Source: a virus. From it: DNA of 64,000 nucleotides. Below the pieces are notes generated by a model. The model searched no databases. It saw only the letters and a program-made list of their open reading frames with translations, and was not told the origin of the DNA. Made by a program: the position numbers and the translations under genes. Below are positions 39,695 to 49,857 of this stretch, in pieces; the first letter of the stretch is position 1; each line of letters begins with the position of its first letter. The stretch lies in IMG/VR virus record IMGVR_UViG_3300025030_000045; one strand, given 5' to 3'.

Positions 39695-39927
39695 GTACAT
39701 CAGCCTGGCAAAGTTCTATGGATGATGCAAGAGAAGTTAAACAGATTCATGCCAATAAGAAGAACCGATGTTCAAATTGGCGATGTTGGTCAGCCGACGT
39801 CTTCGTTGTCAACATCCTTTTTCACCATTCACTCGTCACCTTTAAATGTTCGTGTTGTGGAAATATTTTCCAACTGAATCGTTTTAAAGCATTGAACAGA
39901 AAACCTTATGTCTGGGAAAAAAGTTAA
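39691..39927 (+). CDS. Hypothetical Zn-ribbon protein
   Basis: CSNWRC...CSCC. Confidence 0.5.
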   Translation: MSTSAWQSSMDDAREVKQIHANKKNRCSNWRCWSADVFVVNILFHHSLVTFKCSCCGNIFQLNRFKALNRKPYVWEKS

Positions 39928-40055
39928 TGCAAAGATTGCTGACGAATTAGATAAGATTTTCTGATCTTATCCCAAAACATAAATAAACACATCAAGGCGG
40001 ACCGAAAGGTTGGATGAATTCGGTCCGCCTACTTTTGTCTTAAGGAGAATGAATT

Positions 40056-40781
40056 ATGTCAACCAAAGATAGTCTCGGAGATCGTATGAAAGGCTTCTAT
40101 GAAGCCAGGTCAAAAACATATTTAGCTCGAAGAACACCGGTCATCCTGCGTCTTGATGGGAAAGCATTCCACACGTTCACTCGTGGTTGTGTGAAACCGT
40201 TTGATGAACGCCTACAAGGTGCAATGGAAGCGACTGCAAGATTTCTTTTAGAAAACATTCAAGGGGTCAAGTTGGCATACACCCAGTCTGACGAGATCAC
40301 CCTGCTGTTGACTGACTATGATCGTCTTGAGACAGACGCCTGGTTTGATTACAATGTGCAGAAGATGTGTTCGATTGCCGCGAGTATGGCGGGCGTTAAG
40401 TTCACGTTAGAGTATGCAGATGATGACACTCATTTGTGTGATGTCGACCCAGCATACTTTGATTGCCGCGCATTCAACATTCCGAAAGAAGAAGTCAGCA
40501 ACTGTTTTTATTGGCGGTGCCTTGACTGGGAACGGAATTCGGTTCAGATGTTGGCACAGGCTCACTATTCGGCTAAACAACTTCATGGCGTATCATGTGC
40601 AATGGCAAAGGACATGTTAATCTGTCAGAAGAATATCAATTGGAATGAATTGGCCGATAAGTGGAAGTATGGTTCATTCATTCAACGTGATGAATTCGGT
40701 GATGTATCAATATCATCGGTTAACCTCAAGAATGATCGTTCATGGATTGACGAACTCGTAAACAGAGGTGAATATGTTTAG
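40056..40781 (+). CDS. Thg1-like tRNAHis guanylyltransferase / 3'-5' polymerase
   Basis: LGDRMKGFYE, RLDGKAFHTF, YTQSDEI, FDCRAF, RNS. Confidence 0.92.
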   Translation: MSTKDSLGDRMKGFYEARSKTYLARRTPVILRLDGKAFHTFTRGCVKPFDERLQGAMEATARFLLENIQGVKLAYTQSDEITLLLTDYDRLETDAWFDYNVQKMCSIAASMAGVKFTLEYADDDTHLCDVDPAYFDCRAFNIPKEEVSNCFYWRCLDWERNSVQMLAQAHYSAKQLHGVSCAMAKDMLICQKNINWNELADKWKYGSFIQRDEFGDVSISSVNLKNDRSWIDELVNRGEYV

Positions 40782-41154
40782 TTGGTGGAAGAAAGAAAAG
40801 AAAGAGGTCGATGAAAAGCCGATCCAACAGAATCATATTGCCATCGTAATTGAGGAGCCGACGCTGTTGGAATTGGCAACCGTCGCCTCTCGTGCTTTTG
40901 AATTTCGACGTGGTGGCTTTACAATAAAACAAAGAGCAAAATCCCAACGCAATTCAGATGAAGCCTGTAAAAAATTCTTTGATGCATTTTATGCGGTCTA
41001 TCCTTGGCCCGGCTACATATATCTGCGCCGCCTTCATTATGGTCAGAAGGCAACATATGTGGCCATTGTCACTAGTGTTTTACCCGAGTCACCAATAAAA
41101 CATGATGGGCGATTGGCGCGTATTGAATGTATCAGCGATACTGAGATAAAATAA
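40768..41154 (+). CDS. Hypothetical protein
   Basis: GAGGTG SD. Confidence 0.5.
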   Translation: MNMFSWWKKEKKEVDEKPIQQNHIAIVIEEPTLLELATVASRAFEFRRGGFTIKQRAKSQRNSDEACKKFFDAFYAVYPWPGYIYLRRLHYGQKATYVAIVTSVLPESPIKHDGRLARIECISDTEIK

Positions 41155-41253
41155 ACTCTATCATTCCTGGTCTTTCCTCTGGATTCATCAAATTCTTTAA
41201 ACATAAATACTATCACAACAAATTTAAAGTCCTAACAGAGGAGGAATTAGAGA

Positions 41254-42666
41254 ATGTCTCTTTTTACACCAACGAATATCCAACCGCTTGATCCAACGAA
41301 AGAAAATGTCGTCTGCTTCATCAATAAGAATGCAGAGAATTTTAGGGATCATTGGGGATTTGCATTTCCGATCATCGATGCGCTGAAGGAAAAGTACAAC
41401 CTGCTTTTTGTTGTGCTCAATGATCGGACATTCCCAACTCTTTATCCTAACTGCTTTGTGTTTAACAACAAAGAGTTAACCCGCATCAATGAAACCGAAT
41501 TTAAGCGAGTAAAGGAATCAGACAATTCTCGTGATCATAATCAATCAATCCTAGAACGGGAGTTCGAACACTCGTTTGGGCAATTCAAAATTCACCGCAT
41601 CATTCTGCTCCAAGATTATATGTTTGCACTTCCGTTGATTCCGTATGTCCCCGCCAAAAAGCACCGAGAACTCCATGATATGCAAAACGAGTACTTTGAT
41701 TATGTTGGTGACGACAACGAACGAATGAATATCATTGATGAGACGAATGCATCAATCGTAGAAAACTTCAACGAACGTGTCAGCGTCATCGCATTCTCAA
41801 TGTGGGATAAGAACCTCTTTTCCAACCTTGTGTTGTGGATGTACAAGAAAAATAAAGAACACTTCAAGATGCTCTATACATCAATCATCGATCCCGGCAT
41901 CTTCTTCGCATTCTTTGAGATGAACGGAATTCCACTCACAAATTATTACTTCGTAGATGACAAACGTGGCACCCGTAATCTTTCGGCATTTCCTTTGGCT
42001 GAACTTCAACATCTTGTCTATGAAGAACCAATAAAGGATGATTTTGATTTCTTCGGAGCATCGCTACCAACTGAAATCGAAAAGGACAAAGATTTCATTT
42101 TCTTCGGTTCGATCTTTTATGAAAAGGGTCCACGTTTGACAATGTGGGACACCTTTCTTCGCGACCTTGATGCATCAAATGCCGAACTCTATATACCGCT
42201 CAAAGCAAACGGTGTGTACTACGGAAAACTTCAACAAGGTTGGCTGGACAAAGCAAAGACGATCGGTGGGCGTGTTTATGATGAAGTTGTCAATCATCCG
42301 TGTTATAAGGGTTACCTCCACCCAGATAATCTTTATGCACAGATTCAACGCTTTAAGTATTCGCTTATCCTACGATGCGTGTCGACATTTGATTCGTTGA
42401 ACTTCCGCCCCGTACTTTATGCCAAGTACAACATCCTTCCTTTCTTTGATGTTGGGTATGATCCTGAATATCTTCAGATTCCAAAGGAGATTCAAGATAA
42501 GCTTATCGTAAAGAATTCCGTTGACATTATGGCGAAAATGGATTATTATAACAGTCACGATGCCGAACGGCTCGCCCTCCTCAAATCCCTCCGCGATCAT
42601 TTCAATGTAGACTTTTGGCTCAATAGACAATGGAGTAATGATGACATCACAAAATACTATTCTTAA
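41254..42666 (+). CDS. Putative GT-B glycosyltransferase (BGT-like C-terminal domain)
   Basis: C-terminal FIFFGS...KYSLIL...LPFFD..YDP parallels 45993..47282. Confidence 0.5.
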   Translation: MSLFTPTNIQPLDPTKENVVCFINKNAENFRDHWGFAFPIIDALKEKYNLLFVVLNDRTFPTLYPNCFVFNNKELTRINETEFKRVKESDNSRDHNQSILEREFEHSFGQFKIHRIILLQDYMFALPLIPYVPAKKHRELHDMQNEYFDYVGDDNERMNIIDETNASIVENFNERVSVIAFSMWDKNLFSNLVLWMYKKNKEHFKMLYTSIIDPGIFFAFFEMNGIPLTNYYFVDDKRGTRNLSAFPLAELQHLVYEEPIKDDFDFFGASLPTEIEKDKDFIFFGSIFYEKGPRLTMWDTFLRDLDASNAELYIPLKANGVYYGKLQQGWLDKAKTIGGRVYDEVVNHPCYKGYLHPDNLYAQIQRFKYSLILRCVSTFDSLNFRPVLYAKYNILPFFDVGYDPEYLQIPKEIQDKLIVKNSVDIMAKMDYYNSHDAERLALLKSLRDHFNVDFWLNRQWSNDDITKYYS

Positions 42667-43288
42667 CCTCTGGGACTTTGACGGTACGCTTTTTGATACC
42701 GAACCAGCCCTCTATAAGGTATACAGTCAGGCCCTCCGAGAAGTCACCGGACATATACTTACACCCGAAGTGTGGCAAAGTATTTTTGGAAAAAGTGCAT
42801 ATGCACTTGAAGAACATTACGGCATCTCGCATGAAACGATGGTGAAGGTCCGTGATCGTAAATACGAACTCTATCCACACACACTGTACGATGGCATTTT
42901 CATGATCAATCATGTCAGGCAATTCTGGGATCACCCATTGGCGCTGAATTATGTTTGTACACATACCAATCCTGATGTTGCCGAGACGATACTCGATAAG
43001 TTCGAGATTCGCCCTTGGTTCAAACGTGTCTATGGGCTCAAGGATGTCGGTCATAAGGCAAAACCAGACCCCGCTATGTATCTCTTGGCGATGGGTGTTG
43101 GTATCATCGAGTCGCATGGAATTATCAAACACATAAATATTTTTGAAGATTCGGACTTTGGTCTGGGGGCTGCGGCGAATACGAAAAATGCATTTGATGA
43201 AGAACTCTACAAAGCATTTCCACCCGAGACTAAACTGACAATTTATAAAGTCACCAATGAAGGTATTAATGAATATGAAGCTCCTTAA
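42638..43288 (+). CDS. HAD-family phosphatase/mutase
   Basis: DFDGTL, KPDP, FEDS..G. Confidence 0.88.
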   Translation: MMTSQNTILNLWDFDGTLFDTEPALYKVYSQALREVTGHILTPEVWQSIFGKSAYALEEHYGISHETMVKVRDRKYELYPHTLYDGIFMINHVRQFWDHPLALNYVCTHTNPDVAETILDKFEIRPWFKRVYGLKDVGHKAKPDPAMYLLAMGVGIIESHGIIKHINIFEDSDFGLGAAANTKNAFDEELYKAFPPETKLTIYKVTNEGINEYEAP

Positions 43289-44249
43289 AGGCGGGTCAGC
43301 CTCATCCGTTTATTTAGATGAAATACATAATGAAATCCTTAAGACCGTTAGAGTTACCGACACTAACGGTTTTAATCATCTTCGTGACCAGCACTGCTGG
43401 ATGGCCTATCACAAAGAAGCCCTCCCTAACTATTTTCCGCATATAGGCGACGACTTCTTCAAAGATGGTCTGTATTGCTATCGGATGGAATTTGTTGAGG
43501 GTAAAACTCTCGACAAGATGCTTGATAATAAATTCATCGCAAGAAATTTACTTGAAGATGTAATGCACACCGTGGTGAGTATATCAGACATTGATTTCAT
43601 TCCAAAAGGAAACACGACATTCACGACATACATTGATCGACTCAAGGGTCACCTCCGCCGTCTGAAGAAAGAGACGATCTTTGTTGATATGTTGATGAAA
43701 AAAGAATTTATCCTCGTAGAGAACGGTGTTGAGAAAGTCATACCAAACATTGACTTTATTAAATTCATTTCTATGTTGACATCAATGACATCGTACATGG
43801 ACAAGCAGTACTCAAACTGCCACGGCGACCTCACTCTTGAAAACATAATCATAAACGAGTATGAAGATTTTGGCTGCAACCGCATCAAGTTCATTGATGA
43901 CAACTTTATCTTCAACGGGTGGAATTCATATCTGCTTGATTATTCAAAAATATTTCAAAGTCTTCATTTTAATTATGAAGAAACATTTTCTGATTCGTCG
44001 TCGTTAATCATTGACGATGGTAAATATTTGTTGACTTATAACACAGAAAATGTTAAAATTAAAGAATACTTATTTGGACATGGTTGTGGATTTTTTACCG
44101 ACGCCGTTCGTGATGCGTCACTCGTACTTGAGGTAACGCATTACATTCGTATGCTTATCTATAAACTCGCCATCAGTCAAAAGGATTTCATCGTTGCATA
44201 TATTCGCACCTGCCAAGCCTATCACGAATTAAAGAAAAGAGGATCATAA
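43275..44249 (+). CDS. APH/choline-kinase-family phosphotransferase
   Basis: LKGGS, MEF..G, HGDLTLENII, FID, D..KI.QS. Confidence 0.82.
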   Translation: MKLLKGGSASSVYLDEIHNEILKTVRVTDTNGFNHLRDQHCWMAYHKEALPNYFPHIGDDFFKDGLYCYRMEFVEGKTLDKMLDNKFIARNLLEDVMHTVVSISDIDFIPKGNTTFTTYIDRLKGHLRRLKKETIFVDMLMKKEFILVENGVEKVIPNIDFIKFISMLTSMTSYMDKQYSNCHGDLTLENIIINEYEDFGCNRIKFIDDNFIFNGWNSYLLDYSKIFQSLHFNYEETFSDSSSLIIDDGKYLLTYNTENVKIKEYLFGHGCGFFTDAVRDASLVLEVTHYIRMLIYKLAISQKDFIVAYIRTCQAYHELKKRGS

Positions 44250-45152
44250 ATGGAAGATATCAAATATCTAATGTTATCACCAACAAGCAGGTGCAACCTT
44301 GCTTGTGAGAAGTGTAACAGAAAAGGTTCGGGAACCGATTTCCCCTGGGATGATTACAAGGCCATTATTTTTTCATCCTTCCCCAACTTGAATTTTGCAA
44401 AACTTCAAGGAATGGGCGAACCATTCATGGCCAAGGACCTCGGTCGGATGGCAAAAGAACTTAAGGATCATTATCCAGGAATCAAGACTCTCACAATCAC
44501 CAACGGAACTCTTAATTACAATGCTCCGGCATTTGATGATGTCTATAAGAATCTTGATATGCTTTATGTCTCGATTGATTCTGTGAACAATATCAGCGAA
44601 ACGATCGGCGCTCATGCCGTTCTTGCAACGCTTTTTGAGAAGTCAAAGGAGTTTGGGTTCCAACTATATGTCAACACTATTCTTTTTCCGTGGAACCTCA
44701 AGTGCATTGCCGATGTGAAGAGGCTTGTTCAAGAGTATCCTGGTGTGAAGATGCGTGTCCAACATCAACAATGTTGGAATGATGTATCAAACATCGAATC
44801 AGTGGACATCGAAGTCTTCAATAAATTCGTTGCACCGTTGTTTGATGATGTTATGGAATACATCGGCCGTGATGATTTTTATTATACCGAATGTGATTGG
44901 AATACTAAGCGGATTCAGATTGACGAGCTCGGTAACATCCGTCTCTGTTGTCTGAAAACTGATAACTCTATCATCGGTCAAATCACCGATCTTGGACTAT
45001 ATAAAGCTGTTGCTGAACGGATCAAAGCAAGAATATCTGTTGATGCGTGGCCGATGGTGATTCGTCCACATTTTGGTCTTTGTGAGACATGCACATTCGT
45101 TCAGCTGAACCCAATTAACAAACAGATCTTGAAGATTTTGGAGGAAAGATGA
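44250..45152 (+). CDS. Radical SAM protein with SPASM/Twitch-like C-terminus
   Basis: CNLACEKC, GMGEP, TNG, C...G...CC...CETC. Confidence 0.85.
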   Translation: MEDIKYLMLSPTSRCNLACEKCNRKGSGTDFPWDDYKAIIFSSFPNLNFAKLQGMGEPFMAKDLGRMAKELKDHYPGIKTLTITNGTLNYNAPAFDDVYKNLDMLYVSIDSVNNISETIGAHAVLATLFEKSKEFGFQLYVNTILFPWNLKCIADVKRLVQEYPGVKMRVQHQQCWNDVSNIESVDIEVFNKFVAPLFDDVMEYIGRDDFYYTECDWNTKRIQIDELGNIRLCCLKTDNSIIGQITDLGLYKAVAERIKARISVDAWPMVIRPHFGLCETCTFVQLNPINKQILKILEER

Positions 45153-45856
45153 TTCCAAAGGCTGCTCTTATTCTTGCGGCGGGCGCGTCAACCCGCTTCG
45201 GAAAAAATAAACTTCTTACTAAGATCGGCGACAGAACTCTTCCACAGCAATGTGTTGAGTTTGCGATCAATAACGGTATGGATGACGTCTATGTCACGAT
45301 CAGTAAAAGAGATTTCTTTTTCCTCAACGATCATAAGACATTGACACATCCAATAATCGAATCATTGTCTCCATATGATTGCCTTATTAACCTTCACTAC
45401 CAATTCCAGAATGAAGAGGAGAAGGGGCCGGGAGCCGCTATCAAGGTTTGGCAAGGTATCATAAATAAACCTTTCGTTTGTCTGTTCGGTGATAACTATT
45501 ATTCGGGTTCTCTTCCTTACATGGATTTCAATGAATATGATTGCTTTGTGAGTTATCGTGAACTTGAAAAGAATTCGCGGAACTTACAACTTGCATATCT
45601 TGACGGTAACATCGTCATCGAGAAGCCCCATGCATTCACCGAAGGAAAGTTCTTCTGCGGCTATACGGCATTCAGCGAAAAGGTGTTTGACCAACTCAAT
45701 AACTGCCTCATATCTGGACGCGGCGAATATGAAATCACTGATCTGATTAACTTTATGGATCGGAGATGTTTCCTTTTCAATAGTCTCGTGTGGGGTGACA
45801 TTACTTTTGCTGGAGATGAAGCAAAAATCGTTGATATGATTGGAGGAAAGAAATGA
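45149..45856 (+). CDS. Sugar-phosphate nucleotidyltransferase (RmlA-like)
   Basis: LAAGASTRF..NK, LFGDN, EKP, SGRGEYEITD. Confidence 0.85.
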   Translation: MIPKAALILAAGASTRFGKNKLLTKIGDRTLPQQCVEFAINNGMDDVYVTISKRDFFFLNDHKTLTHPIIESLSPYDCLINLHYQFQNEEEKGPGAAIKVWQGIINKPFVCLFGDNYYSGSLPYMDFNEYDCFVSYRELEKNSRNLQLAYLDGNIVIEKPHAFTEGKFFCGYTAFSEKVFDQLNNCLISGRGEYEITDLINFMDRRCFLFNSLVWGDITFAGDEAKIVDMIGGKK

Positions 45857-45992
45857 ATTTTTGGCAATTTTTAAATCTGAGACCTGTACTATCATTCTTT
45901 ATTATTTTTATCTTTTGTGCAACCATTATTGATGTCGTGCATTCACTTTCTACGAAAACAGTAGAATGCAAGCATGGATGGGTGGTGCCCAA

Positions 45993-47282
45993 GTGAAAGT
46001 TGGATATGGGAAAATAGGCAAGAGCATTCTTTTTAATGAATCGCTGTGGGCAGCGATCGGCGGAGACTGTGAGGCGCCGGCCGTCATCACCTCTGTTGCT
46101 CGCTATAACCCCGATGACACTTTCTATCTGATCGGTAAGTCTGACTTCTCTCGATTGTCAGATGCTAAACGAAAAGAGGTTGCACCGAATAACAACATCA
46201 TTGATGTTTGGGGTGATTTCCGCCGTGGAGATAATGTCACTGACTTTGTCGTCAATTGGTTTGAGAAGAATAATGTCAAACTTGACACCGCATTCTTTTA
46301 TGGTGGCCCAGCCGGTAATGCAAACATGCCTGATAAGATCAAGACGGTAAAGGGAGATCGGATTGCTAAGGTTCTTGAGTGCTTTGAGAACTATGTCGGT
46401 CCTATCGCTCACTATCTGAACGTATCTGGGATTGACTATTTTACTCTAACGCCGGACCCGCGATATCATCCTATTCGTGCACGAGACCTCTACAATATCT
46501 CGAAGTTTGCACTGTCTCAATTCAATTCAAAGGACATGCAAGTCAAGCATATCGTCAACTATGAGGATCAGTCATATCTGTTCTCTAAGGTGCCGACATT
46601 CTATACCGCGCTTGAAACGGTGTTCCTCATTGATAAAAAGAAACCCGACCTTCTTGAACTTGCCAAACATAAAAAGAAGAAGTTCATGGTGGTGTTGAAT
46701 GAGGGCGGCAACGGTGGATTGAGCCGCGGTCCTGAGCTTAAGCGCTGGGTACTCAATCACCTTGAGGACGTTGACATTTACGGTAAGTGGTCTGACGAGT
46801 GGATGAAGGATACTCGATTCAAAGGATCGGTGAAATTCCAAACTCTTCAGGATATGTTGCCTGATGTTAAATACACCTTCATCATACCGATTCAGCGTGG
46901 TTGGGCAACGATGAAGTTCTGGGAAGTATTACAATATGGCATCATTCCGTTTATGCATCCTTGGTACGACGAGCAGATGAATCTTGATGTTCCAGAATTC
47001 ATTCGTGTGGAAACTCCCGAAGAACTATTTGAAAAAATTGAGTTTTTGGAGAACAACCCGGCTGAATACACCGCCCTTCTCGAGAAACTTAACCAAGTTC
47101 TCAAGAATAAATATTACACCGGTGAACATATCAACAACCTCATCATGAAGTCGTGCTACAGGGTTGCCGGAAAAGATGCCAGTTTATATGAATTAACCTC
47201 CGAGAAAATGTTGCAGATTGATTCTGGTCTATCGGTGAAGATGAAAGCCGAAGGAACCGATCTGTCTGACTTCTTCTCCTAA
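45993..47282 (+). CDS. Phage glycosyltransferase (putative DNA-modifying, BGT-like)
   Basis: DPRY, IYGKW, KYT..IP...T.KFWE...G.IPF.HP.YD; C-terminal LSDFFS. Confidence 0.65.
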   Translation: MKVGYGKIGKSILFNESLWAAIGGDCEAPAVITSVARYNPDDTFYLIGKSDFSRLSDAKRKEVAPNNNIIDVWGDFRRGDNVTDFVVNWFEKNNVKLDTAFFYGGPAGNANMPDKIKTVKGDRIAKVLECFENYVGPIAHYLNVSGIDYFTLTPDPRYHPIRARDLYNISKFALSQFNSKDMQVKHIVNYEDQSYLFSKVPTFYTALETVFLIDKKKPDLLELAKHKKKKFMVVLNEGGNGGLSRGPELKRWVLNHLEDVDIYGKWSDEWMKDTRFKGSVKFQTLQDMLPDVKYTFIIPIQRGWATMKFWEVLQYGIIPFMHPWYDEQMNLDVPEFIRVETPEELFEKIEFLENNPAEYTALLEKLNQVLKNKYYTGEHINNLIMKSCYRVAGKDASLYELTSEKMLQIDSGLSVKMKAEGTDLSDFFS

Positions 47283-47905
47283 TGAAAGGATGCTCAATGT
47301 CAAAAATTTTTACAGATGCATATGGCCAGGAAATTTCGATTGGTGATCTCATTTTCCATTCACCAAGAACAAAATACGGCCGGGCACGTATTGGTGTTGT
47401 CATTAGTACTAATATGCACGGTGTACGATATGTTAAAGCCAACGTAATTCAAGAACCGGGCTTACCCGACAACTTTAGTATTTCTTCTTGTAAGAGATCA
47501 CGTAACTGTATTGTGATGAAATTCGACAGTATTTCAAATCAGAACAGCAAAGAGATGACAACACTTGCTGGGTTAGTTGAACATGCTGTTGGGTTGATTA
47601 ACAAAAGAGAAAAGTTCAATCACAAAGACCAACTCGGACAAGACATTAATGTCGGTGACTTCGTTGTTTATGGGGCGAGTGCTTTTGGTGGTGGAGCGGT
47701 GACCCGTTGTGGCATCGTTACAAAGCTTAACCAAACATCCATTACTTACTTGACGATGATGCTCAAGTGGACCGGAAGAGAGTATAAAAATAAACCCAAA
47801 CTCACCTGTGCTTTTGCCCCCGGGCAAGCCGTCATCATCAAGAATAAAGAGTATGACACCCCAGAATTAAGGGCCCTCAAGGAGGCATTCAAAAATGTCA
47901 AGTAA
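47282..47905 (+). CDS. Hypothetical protein with two SH3/KOW-like repeats
   Basis: DAYGQEISIGD and DQLGQDINVGD. Confidence 0.55.
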   Translation: MKGCSMSKIFTDAYGQEISIGDLIFHSPRTKYGRARIGVVISTNMHGVRYVKANVIQEPGLPDNFSISSCKRSRNCIVMKFDSISNQNSKEMTTLAGLVEHAVGLINKREKFNHKDQLGQDINVGDFVVYGASAFGGGAVTRCGIVTKLNQTSITYLTMMLKWTGREYKNKPKLTCAFAPGQAVIIKNKEYDTPELRALKEAFKNVK

Positions 47906-49142
47906 AAAGAAGAATATCAAATGGGCGTCGATCATCCCTCTCGCCGGCGGTATGTCAATCGGTATGGAACAGGCAATCGGTCACAAACCAGAATTCATCA
48001 TTAGCTTCCCGGGTTTCCAGGCTAATGATGCTCACCTTCGTAACTATTGGCCGGATGTCCCTTATCATATCATCGACGAGAACTTCGACAAGGGTGCGGT
48101 ATTCAAACCGGGCAGTATTGACATCGTAAACTCCGTGTGTCCCTGTGCAGGACTTTCGATGTTGAACACAGGTGGCAACAAAAATTCTGGTAAAGCTCGT
48201 GGATCAGATGCCGTCCAAAATCAGCATATGTACAATTCATCTCGCTATGTTCTTGAGCATATCCAACCGAAAGTTCTGTTCGGTGAAAACGCCCCGGGAC
48301 TTATCACCAAGATCGGTGAAGGCGTTCAGGCTGAACTCTACAAGATTGCTGAAGAATTCGGTTATTCATTCTCGATTGTCAAGACGAGCACCAAGTATCA
48401 TGGCATTCCCCAGAATCGTATTCGTACATTCTTCTTTTTCTGGAAAGCGGACTCTGCACCGATCCTCAATTACTACGATCGCACGAAAGAGACCAAGAAC
48501 ATCGTTGATTATCTCAAGGACATCCCTGCAGATGCTTCTTATCAGGACACCAATGATGTCCTTCGTGAAAAGATGTTCAAGAACTACACCTTCCTATTCA
48601 TGCGGGACAAGTACGGCGCCGACAATTGGCGAGAAGTCATGTGGAAAGAGAACAGCAAAACAGTCTGGGCTCATGTCTGTAAGAACAATCTCGTCGAAGA
48701 ACTGAAGGAATTCTCCTACAAGATCAATGACCGTCGTGGTATCAAAGAGACCGAACATGCGATCAAAAAGTTTGCTGCTGGACTCGGTATCTGGGATGGT
48801 TCTGTTCATCTGTTCAAAGACGAGATCAATGCTGTCGTCGGTCGTAACATGGCTGACTCTATTCACCCGACAGAAGATCGTTATATGAATGCCCGTGAAT
48901 ATCTCCACCTCATGGGACACCCTCATGACTATGAACTCACTGACATCAAGTGGCAACACCACCTCACACAAAATGTCCCCACCTGCACATCAAGAGATTG
49001 GACATATGAGGTTATTAAATTTATCGAAGGTAAACTTCCTTTCTCTGGTGTCAGGGACCTTCGTCAGGATAACATCAAGCAGTGCATCAACACAAAAGGT
49101 GTCAATGTCGAGAACGAGTTCTCATCTGACTTTTTTGCTTAA
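47895..49142 (+). CDS. C5-cytosine DNA methyltransferase
   Basis: PLAGG (motif I variant), CPCAGLS (IV), ENAPG (VI), PQNRIR (VIII), QNVP (X). Confidence 0.85.
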   Translation: MSSKKKNIKWASIIPLAGGMSIGMEQAIGHKPEFIISFPGFQANDAHLRNYWPDVPYHIIDENFDKGAVFKPGSIDIVNSVCPCAGLSMLNTGGNKNSGKARGSDAVQNQHMYNSSRYVLEHIQPKVLFGENAPGLITKIGEGVQAELYKIAEEFGYSFSIVKTSTKYHGIPQNRIRTFFFFWKADSAPILNYYDRTKETKNIVDYLKDIPADASYQDTNDVLREKMFKNYTFLFMRDKYGADNWREVMWKENSKTVWAHVCKNNLVEELKEFSYKINDRRGIKETEHAIKKFAAGLGIWDGSVHLFKDEINAVVGRNMADSIHPTEDRYMNAREYLHLMGHPHDYELTDIKWQHHLTQNVPTCTSRDWTYEVIKFIEGKLPFSGVRDLRQDNIKQCINTKGVNVENEFSSDFFA

Positions 49143-49443
49143 ATCAAAATCGGCGATGGTCTATGATTAGACCATCGCCGAGAAAGATGTAACATTATGT
49201 TTAAACGCGGAACAATGATAATAAAATGCAAATTTGGTCTAACATGTTCAATCAAGAGATCATCTGATGGGAAGTGGGCACATGATGGAGAAACTGTTAG
49301 ATTTTTCAAGATCATTCCTTATAGCAAAGGGAAACCGCCCCACGATAATAAATGGATAGCAGGTCTGATCTGTTGGGAAATAGCAATTATGATTGCGGGT
49401 TATACTAAAGACTAAATGTTTATCAATGAAAGCGAGGTAATGC

Positions 49444-49719
49444 ATGGATATCGAGCATGAATTTGTTGATGTTATGAAAGTACCACGTCTTAAGCGGCGC
49501 CATCACCGCGATCGCTTGAAACGTAAACGGCGCTATCATTGGGGACACGACAGAGATCTGTCTCTTGAACCAGAGATACTTGCAAGGGCGGTCAATACAC
49601 CAACACCCTGTTCTTGTTGGATGTGTCGTAATAATCGTGAAAAGACTCGTAAGGAACGTGAATCGGAACTACTTCTTATTGAAGGACTTGAACTATTAAA
49701 GGATGGTGACAACGAATGA
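49444..49719 (+). CDS. Small basic protein
   Basis: TPTPCSCWMCRN; GAGGT SD. Confidence 0.6.
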   Translation: MDIEHEFVDVMKVPRLKRRHHRDRLKRKRRYHWGHDRDLSLEPEILARAVNTPTPCSCWMCRNNREKTRKERESELLLIEGLELLKDGDNE

Positions 49720-49857
49720 CTCTAAGACAATTGATTAAAAGATCGACACAACGGAGAAATGATGTTAACAATTTCAGACTCTTCGGAAATAACATACGTG
49801 AGGCAAAAGAAATCATTTTAGATTTCATTAAACTAATCAAACGGAGGATGAAAAAGA

